A DNA stretch of 64,000 nucleotides from an uncultured Gammaproteobacteria bacterium (GCA_964518565.1 CAZFGX010000001.1:524470-588469), one strand, 5' to 3'; shown: positions 18,823 to 29,704, counted from the first letter of the stretch. Program-made: numbers and translations. Notes: a model not told the origin generated them from the sequence alone.

Positions 18823-19290
18823 ATGGGAAAAGAAGTTGTCTTGGCCATTGCTATCGGATTTGCCGTAGGTATCGTGATTACATTTGGTATTTGGACCGCC
18901 AACAAAAGCTTAAAAAATCTTCCCACCGCCAACAATCCCACGCCCACTCTTACCGCTACTTCACCCAATCCTACTTCAAGTACTTCCATCTCACCAACTC
19001 CGGCCTCTAGCACTACCACCAACAGTTCTCTCACTATTGAAACTCCTGAAGACGAATTACTTACTGATAAATCCACTGTTACTGTTTCTGGCAAGACCGT
19101 CCCCGGCGCCCAAGTAGTTGTTCTCGCAGAAAAAAATGAATATATTGTCACGGCTGACCAAGCAGGTAAATATACAGCCGATGTTTCACTAGACGGTGGG
19201 TATAACACGATAACAGTTACATCCTATGACAAAACTGGCACATCTTCATCCCAATCAATTACTATAACGTTATCCACAGCAAAAATATGA
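18823..19290 (+). CDS. Membrane-anchored protein with S/T/P linker and Ig-like domain
   Basis: TM, PT-rich linker, VTVSGKT.PG...G.NTITVT..D..G. Confidence 0.8.
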   Translation: MGKEVVLAIAIGFAVGIVITFGIWTANKSLKNLPTANNPTPTLTATSPNPTSSTSISPTPASSTTTNSSLTIETPEDELLTDKSTVTVSGKTVPGAQVVVLAEKNEYIVTADQAGKYTADVSLDGGYNTITVTSYDKTGTSSSQSITITLSTAKI

Positions 19291-19907
19291 CCAAATTAAC
19301 TAAATCATTACTATTAGTATTTGCTCTGTTTGCTCTACCTTCTGCAGTATTGGCTCAGACCGCTTCTCCTTCAGGCTCAATTCGTGACAATGTTAAACAA
19401 CAAGTCGAGGCTGAATTAGCTGATATTAAAAAAGGTGTCGCCAAAAAAGCCTTCGTAGGAACTATTACTACCAAAGATTCAAACATTTTCACCATAACCA
19501 CTTTAAAAAACCAAACTCGCACGGCAACTGTTAGTACTGATACCACTATAAAGCTAGCAAGCAATAAAGATGGTACCATCGCCGATGTAAAAGTAAACGA
19601 CTTTGGCATCTTTATGGGTGAAGTGGATAGTAAAAATACAATGACCATCAAACGATTGCTGATTTTACCCACACCACCGACTGACAAACGCCAAATCGTA
19701 TATGCTACCGTTACCAAAAGCCAGCCAAATTCTCTAACAGTCGAAACACTCAAAAAAGAATCACTCACCATAAAGATTACTTCAACCACCAAATATACTG
19801 GCACCACCAAATACGCAGATGTCAAAGTCGCCAGCAAAATTCTCCTCACCGCTAAGCCCGACAGCTCAAACACACTTTCAGCGACTCTGATTCATTTGAT
19901 AAACTAA
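19287..19907 (+). CDS. Exported protein with two DUF5666-like beta repeats
   Basis: Signal peptide; repeated T..T....DVKV units. Confidence 0.75.
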   Translation: MTKLTKSLLLVFALFALPSAVLAQTASPSGSIRDNVKQQVEAELADIKKGVAKKAFVGTITTKDSNIFTITTLKNQTRTATVSTDTTIKLASNKDGTIADVKVNDFGIFMGEVDSKNTMTIKRLLILPTPPTDKRQIVYATVTKSQPNSLTVETLKKESLTIKITSTTKYTGTTKYADVKVASKILLTAKPDSSNTLSATLIHLIN

Positions 19908-19911
19908 GACC

Positions 19912-20679
19912 GTGAGCGCAATTATCTCCGTCAAAAATCTGGTCAAATCGTACAAAGACTCTTCGACCAAGGCTGTTGATCAGATTTCTTTCTCTGTAAA
20001 ACCTGGCGAATTTTTTGCATTACTCGGTCCCAACGGTGCGGGCAAAACCACTACCATATCTATTTTGACCACTACACTGGCCAAAACCACTGGCGAAGTC
20101 AAAATCGCCGGTCTAGATATGGATACTCACAGTAGTCAAATCCGTAAAAATGTCGGCATTATTTTCCAAAACCCCAGTTTAGATCTCAATCTCACTGCCG
20201 AAGAAAATATTCGCTTTCATGCAGTCTTATATGGGTTGTATCAATACAAACCTTTTTATTCAATGATGTCCAATCAATACAAAAACCAGGTTCAAGAATT
20301 GGCCAATGTAATCGGTCTAACACCCACCGACTTGTCTAAACCAGTCAAAGCATTATCAGGCGGCATGAAACGCAAACTTGAAATCATTCGCAGCCTGATG
20401 CACAAACCTAAAGTCTTATTTTTGGACGAGCCGACCTCCGGTCTAGATCCCCTATCCCGAAAAAATCTTTGGGATTATTTAGACATGATCCGCAAACATG
20501 ATCAAACCACTATTTTTTTAACCACTCATTATCTTGAAGAGGCTGAAGGCACCGATACTGTCTGTATACTCAAGCAAGGCAAAATAGTCGCCCAAGGATC
20601 TCCTACGAAAATCAAAAAAGACTTCGCAGCCAAAAATAGTTCTCTAGAGCAAGCTTATCTAAAAATTATTCAAGAATGA
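19912..20679 (+). CDS. ABC exporter ATP-binding protein (DrrA-like)
   Basis: GPNGAGKTT, LSGGMKR, LFLDEPT, TTH. Confidence 0.95.
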   Translation: MSAIISVKNLVKSYKDSSTKAVDQISFSVKPGEFFALLGPNGAGKTTTISILTTTLAKTTGEVKIAGLDMDTHSSQIRKNVGIIFQNPSLDLNLTAEENIRFHAVLYGLYQYKPFYSMMSNQYKNQVQELANVIGLTPTDLSKPVKALSGGMKRKLEIIRSLMHKPKVLFLDEPTSGLDPLSRKNLWDYLDMIRKHDQTTIFLTTHYLEEAEGTDTVCILKQGKIVAQGSPTKIKKDFAAKNSSLEQAYLKIIQE

Positions 20680-21458
20680 AACACCAACTAAATGCCCTAC
20701 TCGCTATTGCTGCTCGCGATATCACCAAGTTTTTGCGTGATCGCCCCCGATTAATCATCACATTCGTGTTTCCATTTGTGTTTATAGGAATCCTCGGTGG
20801 TAGTCTACAGGCCAATCTAGGACAATACTTGGGCTACAACTTTCTCGTGTTCTCATTTATTGGTGTAATCGCTCAAACATTGTTTCAATCTACTGCTTCA
20901 GGGATAATTTCATTAGTTGCAGACAGAGAGTCGGATTTCTCACAAGAAATCTTTGTCTCACCCATTTCGCGCTACACGATCATCTTTGGCAAAATTTTAG
21001 GTGAATCGACTATCGCATTTGTCCAAACACTTGGCATAATTTTGTTTGGAATTGTCACAAAAATCCCTTTTGATTTATCCCGGGTTATCTCCCTCTTACC
21101 ATTTGCTTTCCTAATCTGTTTATTCGGTGGAGCCTTTGGCGTCATAGTCATGTCAAAGCTTTCTGGACAACGTACGGCCAACCAAATATTCCCATTTATC
21201 ATTTTCCCCCAATTTTTCCTCGCCGGTGTCTTTAATCCCATCACCAATCTCCCTCCACACCTATATATCCTCTCTCGTCTTGCCCCAATGACCTATGCTG
21301 TCGACCTACTTCGCAGTGTATATTACAACGGTCTCCCAGAATCCTCCAAAACCACGCTCTACCACCCACTAATAAACGTCCTAGTAATTCTAATCCTGTT
21401 TGTCATCATGCTCACCATTGGCACGTCTCTGTTTGTCCAAAACGAACGCAACCGCTAA
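20676..21458 (+). CDS. ABC-2 type permease
   Basis: About 6 TM; EIFVSPISR..I..GK, F.AG.F.P, PMTYAVD. Confidence 0.93.
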   Translation: MKHQLNALLAIAARDITKFLRDRPRLIITFVFPFVFIGILGGSLQANLGQYLGYNFLVFSFIGVIAQTLFQSTASGIISLVADRESDFSQEIFVSPISRYTIIFGKILGESTIAFVQTLGIILFGIVTKIPFDLSRVISLLPFAFLICLFGGAFGVIVMSKLSGQRTANQIFPFIIFPQFFLAGVFNPITNLPPHLYILSRLAPMTYAVDLLRSVYYNGLPESSKTTLYHPLINVLVILILFVIMLTIGTSLFVQNERNR

Positions 21459-21480
21459 ACTCCACACTATAGGTCAAAAA

Positions 21481-21532
21481 TGGTATAATCTCCTTGTTCT
21501 TTGACATTCAAAAAAGTAGGTTTGGAGGTTAT
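21481..21532 (+). promoter_or_regulatory. Extended -10, boxA-like motif and SD
   Basis: TGGTATAAT 21481; TTGTTCTTTGACA 21494-21506; GGAGG 21524. Confidence 0.7.
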
Positions 21533-22066
21533 ATGAAAATACAAGATTTTCGCTTGTTTACGATCCTTTTTTGCTTATTAGCCTGTTTCGGAGTTCTCAT
21601 ACTAACTGGACCACCACACATATTTCTATCCATTGGCTGTTTTGTTGGTGGATTTGGCCTATATCTAGGCAACATCAGAAAAAACCAGTCGACAATATCT
21701 CTCTGTACAATTGGTCTTACTTTGACAACCACGAGCTTGGTTTTGACTGAAATGCATCGGAATTTCTATCAAAACTCAGGAGTTATCACAATCCAGCTTT
21801 CAATCGCCAGAACGCTCATGTGTCCAATTGGGCTATTGGCCATATATGACTGTTTGGTCAAAACTCAAAAACAAAAACATGTAGGTTTGATCATTACTAG
21901 CTGCATGCTGGTTTGGTTTTGCCTACCAATCATCTTCATCAATCCACAGATCTTCGCCATCAGCCTGGCCACAATAGCAGTCCAAAACCTGCTACAAATT
22001 TTCGTTCTGTGGCTAATTTATTCCGACATGAGAGTGAAACACAAGGAGATGTATGAAAAACTTTAG
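21533..22066 (+). CDS. Orphan membrane protein 1 of 3
   Basis: SD GGAGG; about 6 TM; IARTLMCPIGLL. Confidence 0.78.
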   Translation: MKIQDFRLFTILFCLLACFGVLILTGPPHIFLSIGCFVGGFGLYLGNIRKNQSTISLCTIGLTLTTTSLVLTEMHRNFYQNSGVITIQLSIARTLMCPIGLLAIYDCLVKTQKQKHVGLIITSCMLVWFCLPIIFINPQIFAISLATIAVQNLLQIFVLWLIYSDMRVKHKEMYEKL

Positions 22067-22616
22067 ATTTTCTGGAGCCCGCGAAGCGTTTATTCTTCTC
22101 AGTCTCGTCGCTACCTTTATTTTATTAGTGAAAGCTGCCGTTGCAGCCGTAGAATCTCCTGCATATACGACAATAAACATTCTAATGATTTTTGTCGTTT
22201 TTTGCGCCATGAATTTAGGACCTCTTCCATGGCCATATCGCAAATATCAAAAAACCGTAGGCTATGTGATCTTTCTTTGCATTACTGTAGTTGTCCTAAT
22301 ACTCGAAGCCTGGATGAAAATCCAAAATCAGACATTGGGACTTGAATACATCATTATTTGTCGAGCCATATTGGCCCCGACAAGTTTACTGGTAATTCGT
22401 CAGCAAACATTTAGTCAAAAAAAACCAGTCTCGCCCTATCTTGTACCCACAATGGCGTTGCTGTTGTATGTGACCACATTGTTACCATCGCTTATTGGTT
22501 TGAGTGTCATAACCTCAAGCGACAGGTTAACAGATATGACGGTCTATGGCTTTATTGTTCAGGGATCGATTATCCTCATTTTCACTGGAGATTTAGTATT
22601 ACAAGATAAGGTGTAA
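22053..22616 (+). CDS. Orphan membrane protein 2 of 3
   Basis: SD AAGGAG; about 6 TM; ICRAILAPTSLL. Confidence 0.78.
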   Translation: MKNFRFSGAREAFILLSLVATFILLVKAAVAAVESPAYTTINILMIFVVFCAMNLGPLPWPYRKYQKTVGYVIFLCITVVVLILEAWMKIQNQTLGLEYIIICRAILAPTSLLVIRQQTFSQKKPVSPYLVPTMALLLYVTTLLPSLIGLSVITSSDRLTDMTVYGFIVQGSIILIFTGDLVLQDKV

Positions 22617-22618
22617 TT

Positions 22619-23191
22619 ATGATAATCAAAAACGTGAACCTACTCCTCTCCCAAATTGGCGCTCTGCTTATTTTTGTCACTGGCATAGTCGTCTACGTAA
22701 TGACTACTAGTCAAGAAGCTGCCATTTGTTTTTCGATCGCGACAGCCATTTGTGGCTTCGTCAATCTGCAAATCTACAAAACCAATCAAGCGCTCAGATC
22801 CCAGATAGATCTACAAGGTTATGAGCATCCAGCATTGACCGCCATGCTGTTATTTATCGCCTTTGTCTTTGCGTTCTTAGGAGTTCAAACTCAAAACAAA
22901 GACATAAGTCCATCATTACTCTCACTGCAAAATGCGTTTGTGCCAATTATCTGTATGGTTACAGATATGAATCTGCACAAACTCCATTACCTTCGTCAGT
23001 TTGAGTACATGTCATCTTTACCTATCCTACTAGCCTGTCTACCTCTGTGGATCTTTATCGTTCTCCTCACCGGAAATCTCGACTGGTCCGATCCGACACG
23101 TCTATGCCTATATGGCTACTGCATCGGCAGCATTCTAGTCGAAATTAGTTATTTGTTTCGGACTTCTACCCATTCGCGGGTAAAAAACTAA
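22619..23191 (+). CDS. Orphan membrane protein 3 of 3
   Basis: SD AAGGTG; about 6 TM; LQNAFVPIICM. Confidence 0.78.
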   Translation: MIIKNVNLLLSQIGALLIFVTGIVVYVMTTSQEAAICFSIATAICGFVNLQIYKTNQALRSQIDLQGYEHPALTAMLLFIAFVFAFLGVQTQNKDISPSLLSLQNAFVPIICMVTDMNLHKLHYLRQFEYMSSLPILLACLPLWIFIVLLTGNLDWSDPTRLCLYGYCIGSILVEISYLFRTSTHSRVKN

Positions 23192-23210
23192 AACAAATGT
23201 CTTTACCCTC

Positions 23211-23237
23211 AGCCCCCTCTCACCAGGGGGCTTTTTT
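23211..23237 (+). terminator. Intrinsic terminator
   Basis: AGCCCCCT-CTCACC-AGGGGGCT plus T run. Confidence 0.88.
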
Positions 23238-23254
23238 ATGCCATAATACAGTCT

Positions 23255-24520
23255 ATGTCACTCTCAAATACTCCTCCAAAAGGCACCACTGACTGGCTAC
23301 CCGATGAGTATAAGATTCGCAAATATATTTTTGACACCTGGCGATCTTGTTGTACTTCTTTTGGCTATGAAGAATATCTCACGCCACTGGTCGAGTATGC
23401 CGATGTCTATAAAGCCAAATCTGGCGAAGATATCGCCAATACCGAATTGACTACATTTACAGATCGTGGCGGCCGCGAACTGGCCATCAGACCCGAAATG
23501 ACTCCATCCGTCACCCGCATGGTTACCAAAATCTACAACTCTGCCCCCAAACCATTACGCCTATTCTCGATTGCCAATTTTTATCGCAACGAAAATCCTC
23601 AGCGAGGTCGAAATCGTGAATTTTGGCAACTAAATTTTGACATCTTTGGCAGCTCTAGTCTCCAAGCAGATATTGAAATTTTACAATTATCTCTCGAAAT
23701 CATGCTCGCATTTCATCCTCCAGTCGGATCGTTCACTCTCAAACTCAATTCTCGACTGTTACTTGACAGCATTTTGCACGGCCTAGATATGCAAACCCAA
23801 ACTTCTACTTTACGCATACTCGATAAATATCACAAACTACCAATAGAAGAAATCATCAATCGCTTGGCTCACATCGGCCTTTCACCCGAAACTCGCCAAG
23901 TCTTACTAGATCTCATGCAAACCACCTCCTTAGAGCAATTAGTAGACCAATACCCCTCACTCAAAGAATCTGCTGGATTTGTGGAATTAAATACGATTAT
24001 CAATGCCCTATCTGAACGAGGCTATGCTGATTGGGTCAGCTTTTCTCCGACAGTACTTCGAGGATTCGACTACTACAATGGCATGGTCTTTGAAGTCTTT
24101 GACAATCACCCCGAAAACTCTCGTGCCATGTTCGGCGGTGGCAGATACAACGATTTGGCTAGTATTTTTGATACTCAATCATTTCCATCTGTTGGCTGTG
24201 CACCAGGTGACGAAACCACGCGATTATTTTTACAAACTTGGAATCTTCTACCCAATAGCAACAAACACTCACTCTACATACCCCTACTCAACGAACATCT
24301 ATCAAAACAAATTCAGTCCTTAGCCAACAATCTTCGAAAAACTCATACAATCAATATGGGGCTAGAAATACAATCTTTACCCAAAGCCCTCGAATATGCC
24401 AATAAACATCACCACAGCCATATCCTTATTTTTGGCAGCCAAGAAGCAACCGACAAAGTCTATATTATCAAAGACTTGAATTCCGGGTTGCAACAAAAAC
24501 ACCCATTACCGCATGTCTAA
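23255..24520 (+). CDS. hisS: Histidine--tRNA ligase
   Basis: PKGTTDW, IRPEMTPS, RNENPQRGRNREFWQ, RGFDYYNG, GGGRY. Confidence 0.96.
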   Translation: MSLSNTPPKGTTDWLPDEYKIRKYIFDTWRSCCTSFGYEEYLTPLVEYADVYKAKSGEDIANTELTTFTDRGGRELAIRPEMTPSVTRMVTKIYNSAPKPLRLFSIANFYRNENPQRGRNREFWQLNFDIFGSSSLQADIEILQLSLEIMLAFHPPVGSFTLKLNSRLLLDSILHGLDMQTQTSTLRILDKYHKLPIEEIINRLAHIGLSPETRQVLLDLMQTTSLEQLVDQYPSLKESAGFVELNTIINALSERGYADWVSFSPTVLRGFDYYNGMVFEVFDNHPENSRAMFGGGRYNDLASIFDTQSFPSVGCAPGDETTRLFLQTWNLLPNSNKHSLYIPLLNEHLSKQIQSLANNLRKTHTINMGLEIQSLPKALEYANKHHHSHILIFGSQEATDKVYIIKDLNSGLQQKHPLPHV

Positions 24521-25409
24521 ACGTGCCAAGGCCTACGGTCTGCTCACCATCACTGTTATCCTTTGGGGTATTTCTGGTCCCATTGCGAAATACGCTCTAG
24601 AGTCCTTTACTCCTCAGGCATTACTCACAGCTCGATTTGGATTAATTACATTAATTCTAGCTATCCTCCTAAAATTTCAACTAAAAATTCCACTTTTACC
24701 CAAAAAAAATAGACTTACATTTTGTCTCTCTATAAGTCTACTGGGATTCCTTGGTACGGTGGGTCAAATTGGACTTATTTATTGGGGACTCCAACACACA
24801 AGTTCAATAGAGGCGACATTATTGATTTCTACATCACCAATTCTAGTTGCCCTGATTAGCCATATATTAATAGGTGAACAAATTACCTCAAAAAAACTTC
24901 TAGGCATCTCTTTAGGCCTTTTGGGGACAGCAATTATCGTCTTAGGACCCCTCCTACGTGAACACAAATTTCTCACCGGATCAAACTTAGGCAACATGCT
25001 TATTCTAGGTGGCAATTTATGTTGGTCTTTTTACGCTGTCCTGTCCAAAAAACAGCTCAGAACCAAAATGAGCCCAATGCTTCTGACCTTCTGGATGTTC
25101 TTTATTGGCTTTTTAGGTATGGCATTTATCTCACTAATAACCCACACAAATTTACCTACCTTCACCCTACCTCGATTAGGTAGTATCGCCTTTTTGGCCA
25201 TAGGTCCAGGAATTATTGCCTATCTTTGCTATCAAACGGCTCTCAAATCGATTAGTCCCACCGATGCCGATGTCTTCAATTATCTAACTCCGATTGTTGC
25301 CACCCCACTTGGTTTCTTTTGGCTACACGAACCCATCACGTATGCCTTTATATTAGGCAGCGTCATCATTGCCCTGGGCGTCATCATTGCCGAATTCTCC
25401 CGTCGCTAG
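24513..25409 (+). CDS. EamA/DMT family transporter
   Basis: About 10 TM in two repeats; LWG, GEQIT..K..G, HEPIT. Confidence 0.92.
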   Translation: MSKRAKAYGLLTITVILWGISGPIAKYALESFTPQALLTARFGLITLILAILLKFQLKIPLLPKKNRLTFCLSISLLGFLGTVGQIGLIYWGLQHTSSIEATLLISTSPILVALISHILIGEQITSKKLLGISLGLLGTAIIVLGPLLREHKFLTGSNLGNMLILGGNLCWSFYAVLSKKQLRTKMSPMLLTFWMFFIGFLGMAFISLITHTNLPTFTLPRLGSIAFLAIGPGIIAYLCYQTALKSISPTDADVFNYLTPIVATPLGFFWLHEPITYAFILGSVIIALGVIIAEFSRR

Positions 25410-26276
25410 CGCCGCTAAAATATCATCCAAATCCCCTTCCATAATCATCTCTAGTTTGTGCCAGGATTTACCGATTCTGTGGTCAGTTACCCGATTTTGG
25501 GGGTAATTGTAGGTACGAATTTTTTCAGACCGCATACTACGACCAATTTTTGACCGAGAATCTTTGATTGCCAAGCGTTTTTGTTCTTCTTGCAGCTCCC
25601 ACAATTCTGCCCGCAACAAAGACAAGGCAATCTTGCGATTTTGTTCTTGAGATCTCTCCTGACGGCAAGAAATGACAATACCTGTTGGTTTGTGGGTCAA
25701 ACGAACAGCTGTAGAGACTTTGTTTACATTCTGGCCACCATGCCCACCACTCCGGCTAAATTCCCAGCCCAAGTCATCTTCTCGTATCTCCACTTGAGAT
25801 TCGGGAATTTCTGGCAAAACCACCACCGAAGCAGTTGAAGTATGTATTCGGCCCGCAGCTTCTGTCGCTGGCACTCTCTGAACTCGATGAACACCCGTCT
25901 CATATTGTAGTAGCGTATACACATCTCGTCCAGAAATCCGAATAATTCCTTCATCCACGATTTCAACTTTCCATTTCTTTTTTTCACAAAAACGCATGTA
26001 CATTCGCGCCAAATCGTCAGCCCAAATTTTTGCCTCGTCTCCTCCTACACCTTGACGAAATTCCAACATAATATGTCTAAAATCCTGCCCTGGTGCATCA
26101 GACTCTAAACTGGCTGTTCCAGATAAAGCAGACTGCAATGCCTGTTTTTGCTCTACCAACTTAAGCACTTCTTTTTCCGCCTCCTCACCCAGTTCAGAAA
26201 CCAATGCCTTCGCATGCTCAATTTCGCTCTCAATACGAGAAATTTCTTCCTCCAAGTATTTCTTGCTTTCGTCCAT
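25353..26276 (-). CDS. prfA: Peptide chain release factor 1 (short N-domain)
   Basis: [11 protein letters not shown] (PxT, RF1-type), [29 protein letters not shown]. Confidence 0.93.
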   Translation of the reverse strand: MDESKKYLEEEISRIESEIEHAKALVSELGEEAEKEVLKLVEQKQALQSALSGTASLESDAPGQDFRHIMLEFRQGVGGDEAKIWADDLARMYMRFCEKKKWKVEIVDEGIIRISGRDVYTLLQYETGVHRVQRVPATEAAGRIHTSTASVVVLPEIPESQVEIREDDLGWEFSRSGGHGGQNVNKVSTAVRLTHKPTGIVISCRQERSQEQNRKIALSLLRAELWELQEEQKRLAIKDSRSKIGRSMRSEKIRTYNYPQNRVTDHRIGKSWHKLEMIMEGDLDDILAALATGEFGNDDAQGNDDAA

Positions 26277-26597
26277 TTACGCAGACTTGACTCGATCCAT
26301 CATTTCCTTGAGACTCTTTGGCTTAGCCGCTTCTTCAGCTTCTTTTTGCTTTTGTTTCAATGCCTTAGCCTTGGATTTAGACATATAGGTCTTACCAGCA
26401 TGAGCTTGCTGCTTTTGTTGGAAGCGTTCTACTCGACCCATAGCATCGACAAAGCGTTGTTCACCAGTGAAAAAAGGATGGCATTTTGCACAAATATCTA
26501 CAGTGATTGTTTGCTTGGTCGAACCCACGGTAAATGTGTTTCCACAAGCACATGTTACAGTTGCATCATAATAGTGAGGGTGAATTGCTGCTTTCAT
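26277..26597 (-). CDS. rpmE: 50S ribosomal protein L31 with C-terminal extension
   Basis: [28 protein letters not shown]. Confidence 0.96.
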   Translation of the reverse strand: MKAAIHPHYYDATVTCACGNTFTVGSTKQTITVDICAKCHPFFTGEQRFVDAMGRVERFQQKQQAHAGKTYMSKSKAKALKQKQKEAEEAAKPKSLKEMMDRVKSA

Positions 26598-26617
26598 ACG
26601 AGTGTATTATACCAAGG

Positions 26618-27745
26618 TTACTTCGCTTCTTCAAACGTTGCCCGTACAGTCTTCGTCTGTCCATCTCGCCAATACTCAACTTCTACCACATCACCCACCT
26701 TATGTCGACCGATTTCTGAAGCTAATTCAGCCTCATCAGAACCCAATTTTGTTCCACCTATTTTGGTCAGAATATCCCCTTCTTGTATTCCAGCTTTTTC
26801 AGCTGGAGAACCTTCAACGATTCGTTGAACATACGCTCCTTGGGGTACATCATTTAAGAGTGCTGTCTTTTGATCTATCATGCGGTATTGAACACCCAAA
26901 TATGGCCGGCTGAATTGACCAGTTTTATTAAAATTATCTATGGCCTCTTTAATAATATTGATTGGGATGGCAAAACCAATATTTTGCCCCTCAGCGGATA
27001 CCGCCGTATTTACCCCTATCACTTGACCTGCTGAATTGAGCAATGGACCACCAGAATTTCCCGGATTAATAGCTGCATCAGTTTGAATTACATCATCTAG
27101 TCGTTCCGCTCCCTCAAATGGGCTACCGGCTGTAATACCCCGCCCTAGTCCTGATACCACTCCCGTCGTCACTGTCTGACGAAACTCTCCCAATGCGGTT
27201 CCAATAGCCACTACAGATTGACCGACTTTTAACTTAGACGAATCTCCCATTTCAAGAGGTTTCAAATCTCTAGCATCCAGTTTCAAAATTGCTAAATCAT
27301 TCGTCGGATCACGATAAATTTTTTGCACATCATAGGTTTTATTATCAGCTGTCACTACTTTATAAGTAGCTTCAGTATCAGATACAACATGTTTATTGGT
27401 TACAATAAGTCCATCTGTGCTCAAAATAAACCCTGAACCAATGTCTTGCTCTAGATTTCGTTGAAATGGACTAAAAGAAAATGGTGATCGCAGCGTTTGT
27501 GTCTTTTTGATACTCACAGTAACCACCGATCCACTGACATGCTCCACCACATCAATAACCGCATTTTCTTCAGTCAAAATCTTTTGCCCAAAAACAGTAT
27601 TTTGGCCAGAAGCATGCGTTGTTCTGTCTGCGAGTTTGTCTAAAATAGGCAATCCCCACACCCGATCAGTCACCGCTCCACCAACAGCAGCCACAGCTAA
27701 TACAAATGCTACTGCTACACCGACAAAAAAACTCTTCACATTCAT
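26618..27745 (-). CDS. htrA: HtrA/DegP-like serine protease with one PDZ domain
   Basis: GSGFI, TNKHVV, DLAILK, TDAAINPGNSGGPL; alternative start at 27757. Confidence 0.93.
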   Translation of the reverse strand: MNVKSFFVGVAVAFVLAVAAVGGAVTDRVWGLPILDKLADRTTHASGQNTVFGQKILTEENAVIDVVEHVSGSVVTVSIKKTQTLRSPFSFSPFQRNLEQDIGSGFILSTDGLIVTNKHVVSDTEATYKVVTADNKTYDVQKIYRDPTNDLAILKLDARDLKPLEMGDSSKLKVGQSVVAIGTALGEFRQTVTTGVVSGLGRGITAGSPFEGAERLDDVIQTDAAINPGNSGGPLLNSAGQVIGVNTAVSAEGQNIGFAIPINIIKEAIDNFNKTGQFSRPYLGVQYRMIDQKTALLNDVPQGAYVQRIVEGSPAEKAGIQEGDILTKIGGTKLGSDEAELASEIGRHKVGDVVEVEYWRDGQTKTVRATFEEAK

Positions 27746-27771
27746 AAACCTCCACATACTACACCAGAAAA

Positions 27772-29001
27772 TTACAGCAATTCAAGAGCCTTGTTCAGCT
27801 GTTCGTCAGGATCAGTTTCCTTCTCTTGGCCTTTGACTATCGTGTCAGGTGTGACACCTTTGTGATCTATCCAATCACCCGATGGACGCAACCATTTTGC
27901 TACTGTTACATGGATTCCTGAACCATCAGCAAAATCTTCAGGTTGTTGCACGCTTCCCTTACCAAATGACTGCTCACCTAATACCTTTGCTCTCTTATGA
28001 TCCTGCAAAGCCCCCGACAAGATTTCTGCAGCCGATGCGCTCCCTTTATTTACTAGTACCACCACAGGCAAGTTCAAGATCCTACCATTACGCTTTACAT
28101 TATTTTCGATCTTTGACCCGTCACCATATTGCTGAGTCACCACGAGATCCCCAGGTGACAAAAATTCTCCTGCTATATATACAGCGCCTTCTAGATACCC
28201 GCCTGGATTATTTCTCAAATCCAAAACCACTCCCTTTGCATCCGAAGAAACAATCGATGCCACTGCCTCATTCCATTCATCTTGAGTACGATCTCCAAAT
28301 CTGGACAACTTCAACCAAGCGATTTTTTTACCCTTAGACGAGTCCTCAAAACTCAATGTCACACTTTTAACCACAATCGTATCTCGAACCAATGTCACAT
28401 CAAATGGTTTTTCCTGTCCTTCGCGACCGAGCGTCAAAGTCACTTCTGTCCCCTTTATACCCCGAATCAATTTCATTGCATCAAAAGTGGTCATACCGTT
28501 AGTTAGTTTTTCTACTTTATTTTTCTGATCCACAATTTTCAAAATTAGATCTCCTGCCTTTACCCCAGCCTTGGCCGCTGGACTGCCATCCAATGGAGAC
28601 ATGACAGCCAATCTCTGATCCTTGTAGCCTAATTGAATACCCACACCATCGAATGCTCCACCCAAATCCTCTTTCGTTTCTTTATTTTGGGTCACTGGCA
28701 AATACATGGTATATGGATCGCCAATCGACGCCACCATTCCCTCGATTGCTCCATCCACCATTTTTTTTGCATCCAGCTTACTCTTATCTACATACATAGC
28801 ATTCACCTTATCCCAGACCGTCCAAAACAAAGTAAAATCTACATTTGCCGCCGAAGAATTCATGGCAGGTCCCTGATTTTTGATCAATGCTGGCTTCCAG
28901 TTTTTGATACTCAGCGCCGTATTCCACTGCCCTAATCGATACCCTACCACACCCGATAAAATAACCGCCAAACCAAACAATAAACCTGTTCGAAATTTCA
29001 T
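27772..29001 (-). CDS. ctpA: S41 C-terminal processing protease
   Basis: DPYT, PDZ, LDLRNNPGG, SASAAEI, FGKGSVQ. Confidence 0.93.
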   Translation of the reverse strand: MKFRTGLLFGLAVILSGVVGYRLGQWNTALSIKNWKPALIKNQGPAMNSSAANVDFTLFWTVWDKVNAMYVDKSKLDAKKMVDGAIEGMVASIGDPYTMYLPVTQNKETKEDLGGAFDGVGIQLGYKDQRLAVMSPLDGSPAAKAGVKAGDLILKIVDQKNKVEKLTNGMTTFDAMKLIRGIKGTEVTLTLGREGQEKPFDVTLVRDTIVVKSVTLSFEDSSKGKKIAWLKLSRFGDRTQDEWNEAVASIVSSDAKGVVLDLRNNPGGYLEGAVYIAGEFLSPGDLVVTQQYGDGSKIENNVKRNGRILNLPVVVLVNKGSASAAEILSGALQDHKRAKVLGEQSFGKGSVQQPEDFADGSGIHVTVAKWLRPSGDWIDHKGVTPDTIVKGQEKETDPDEQLNKALELL

Positions 29002-29029
29002 AACTTTACTATCCTATCACCCCAAAAGC

Positions 29030-29260
29030 TTATACTCCAGTAACAAATGGCAAGATTGCCAAATGTCGTGCACGTTTGATTGCCCGAGCCAAATGTCGTT
29101 GACCTTTTGCTGAAACGCCTGTTTTATCTCGATGCAAAATTCTTCCTCGATCACTGACAAATTTGGACAAGGTTGCCAAATCCATATAGTGCACTGCCTC
29201 TGCTTCCAAAGACAATTCTTTATTAAAAGCGACTTTAATTTTTCGTTTGCGTTGCATCAT
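29030..29260 (-). CDS. rpsR: 30S ribosomal protein S18
   Basis: [25 protein letters not shown]. Confidence 0.95.
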   Translation of the reverse strand: MMQRKRKIKVAFNKELSLEAEAVHYMDLATLSKFVSDRGRILHRDKTGVSAKGQRHLARAIKRARHLAILPFVTGV

Positions 29261-29264
29261 AAAA

Positions 29265-29699
29265 TTAGAAAGGAATATCTTCTGCTACATCACTAGTAAC
29301 TTGCGCTGGTTGTTCGGTCTGTTCTTGAGTTTCTGGCTGTGCAGCCCCTTCTTCACCTTGTCGGCGAGAATCCAGTACCAACATATCTTCAATAACGATT
29401 TCAGTTGCTACTCGTTGACTACCATCTTGACCAGTCCACTGTCGTGTTTGCAATCGACCCTCTACATACACTCTACGACCCTTGAACAAGAGCTGTGAAC
29501 ACAACTCAGCCAATTTGTTCCAAGCCACAATTCGATGAAATTCAGTTTCTTCCTTTTTATCTCCTTGATCTGTCACCCAACCACGGTTAGTCGCAATCCC
29601 AAACGTACATACAGCTGTCCCTTGGGGGGTATAACGCATCTCAGGATCTCGGGTCAAATTCCCGATAAGCATAACTTTATTTAGCGATCTCGTAGCCAT
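29265..29699 (-). CDS. ssb: Single-stranded DNA-binding protein
   Basis: [24 protein letters not shown]-terminal DIPF. Confidence 0.98.
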   Translation of the reverse strand: MATRSLNKVMLIGNLTRDPEMRYTPQGTAVCTFGIATNRGWVTDQGDKKEETEFHRIVAWNKLAELCSQLLFKGRRVYVEGRLQTRQWTGQDGSQRVATEIVIEDMLVLDSRRQGEEGAAQPETQEQTEQPAQVTSDVAEDIPF

Positions 29700-29704
29700 A
29701 AAAA

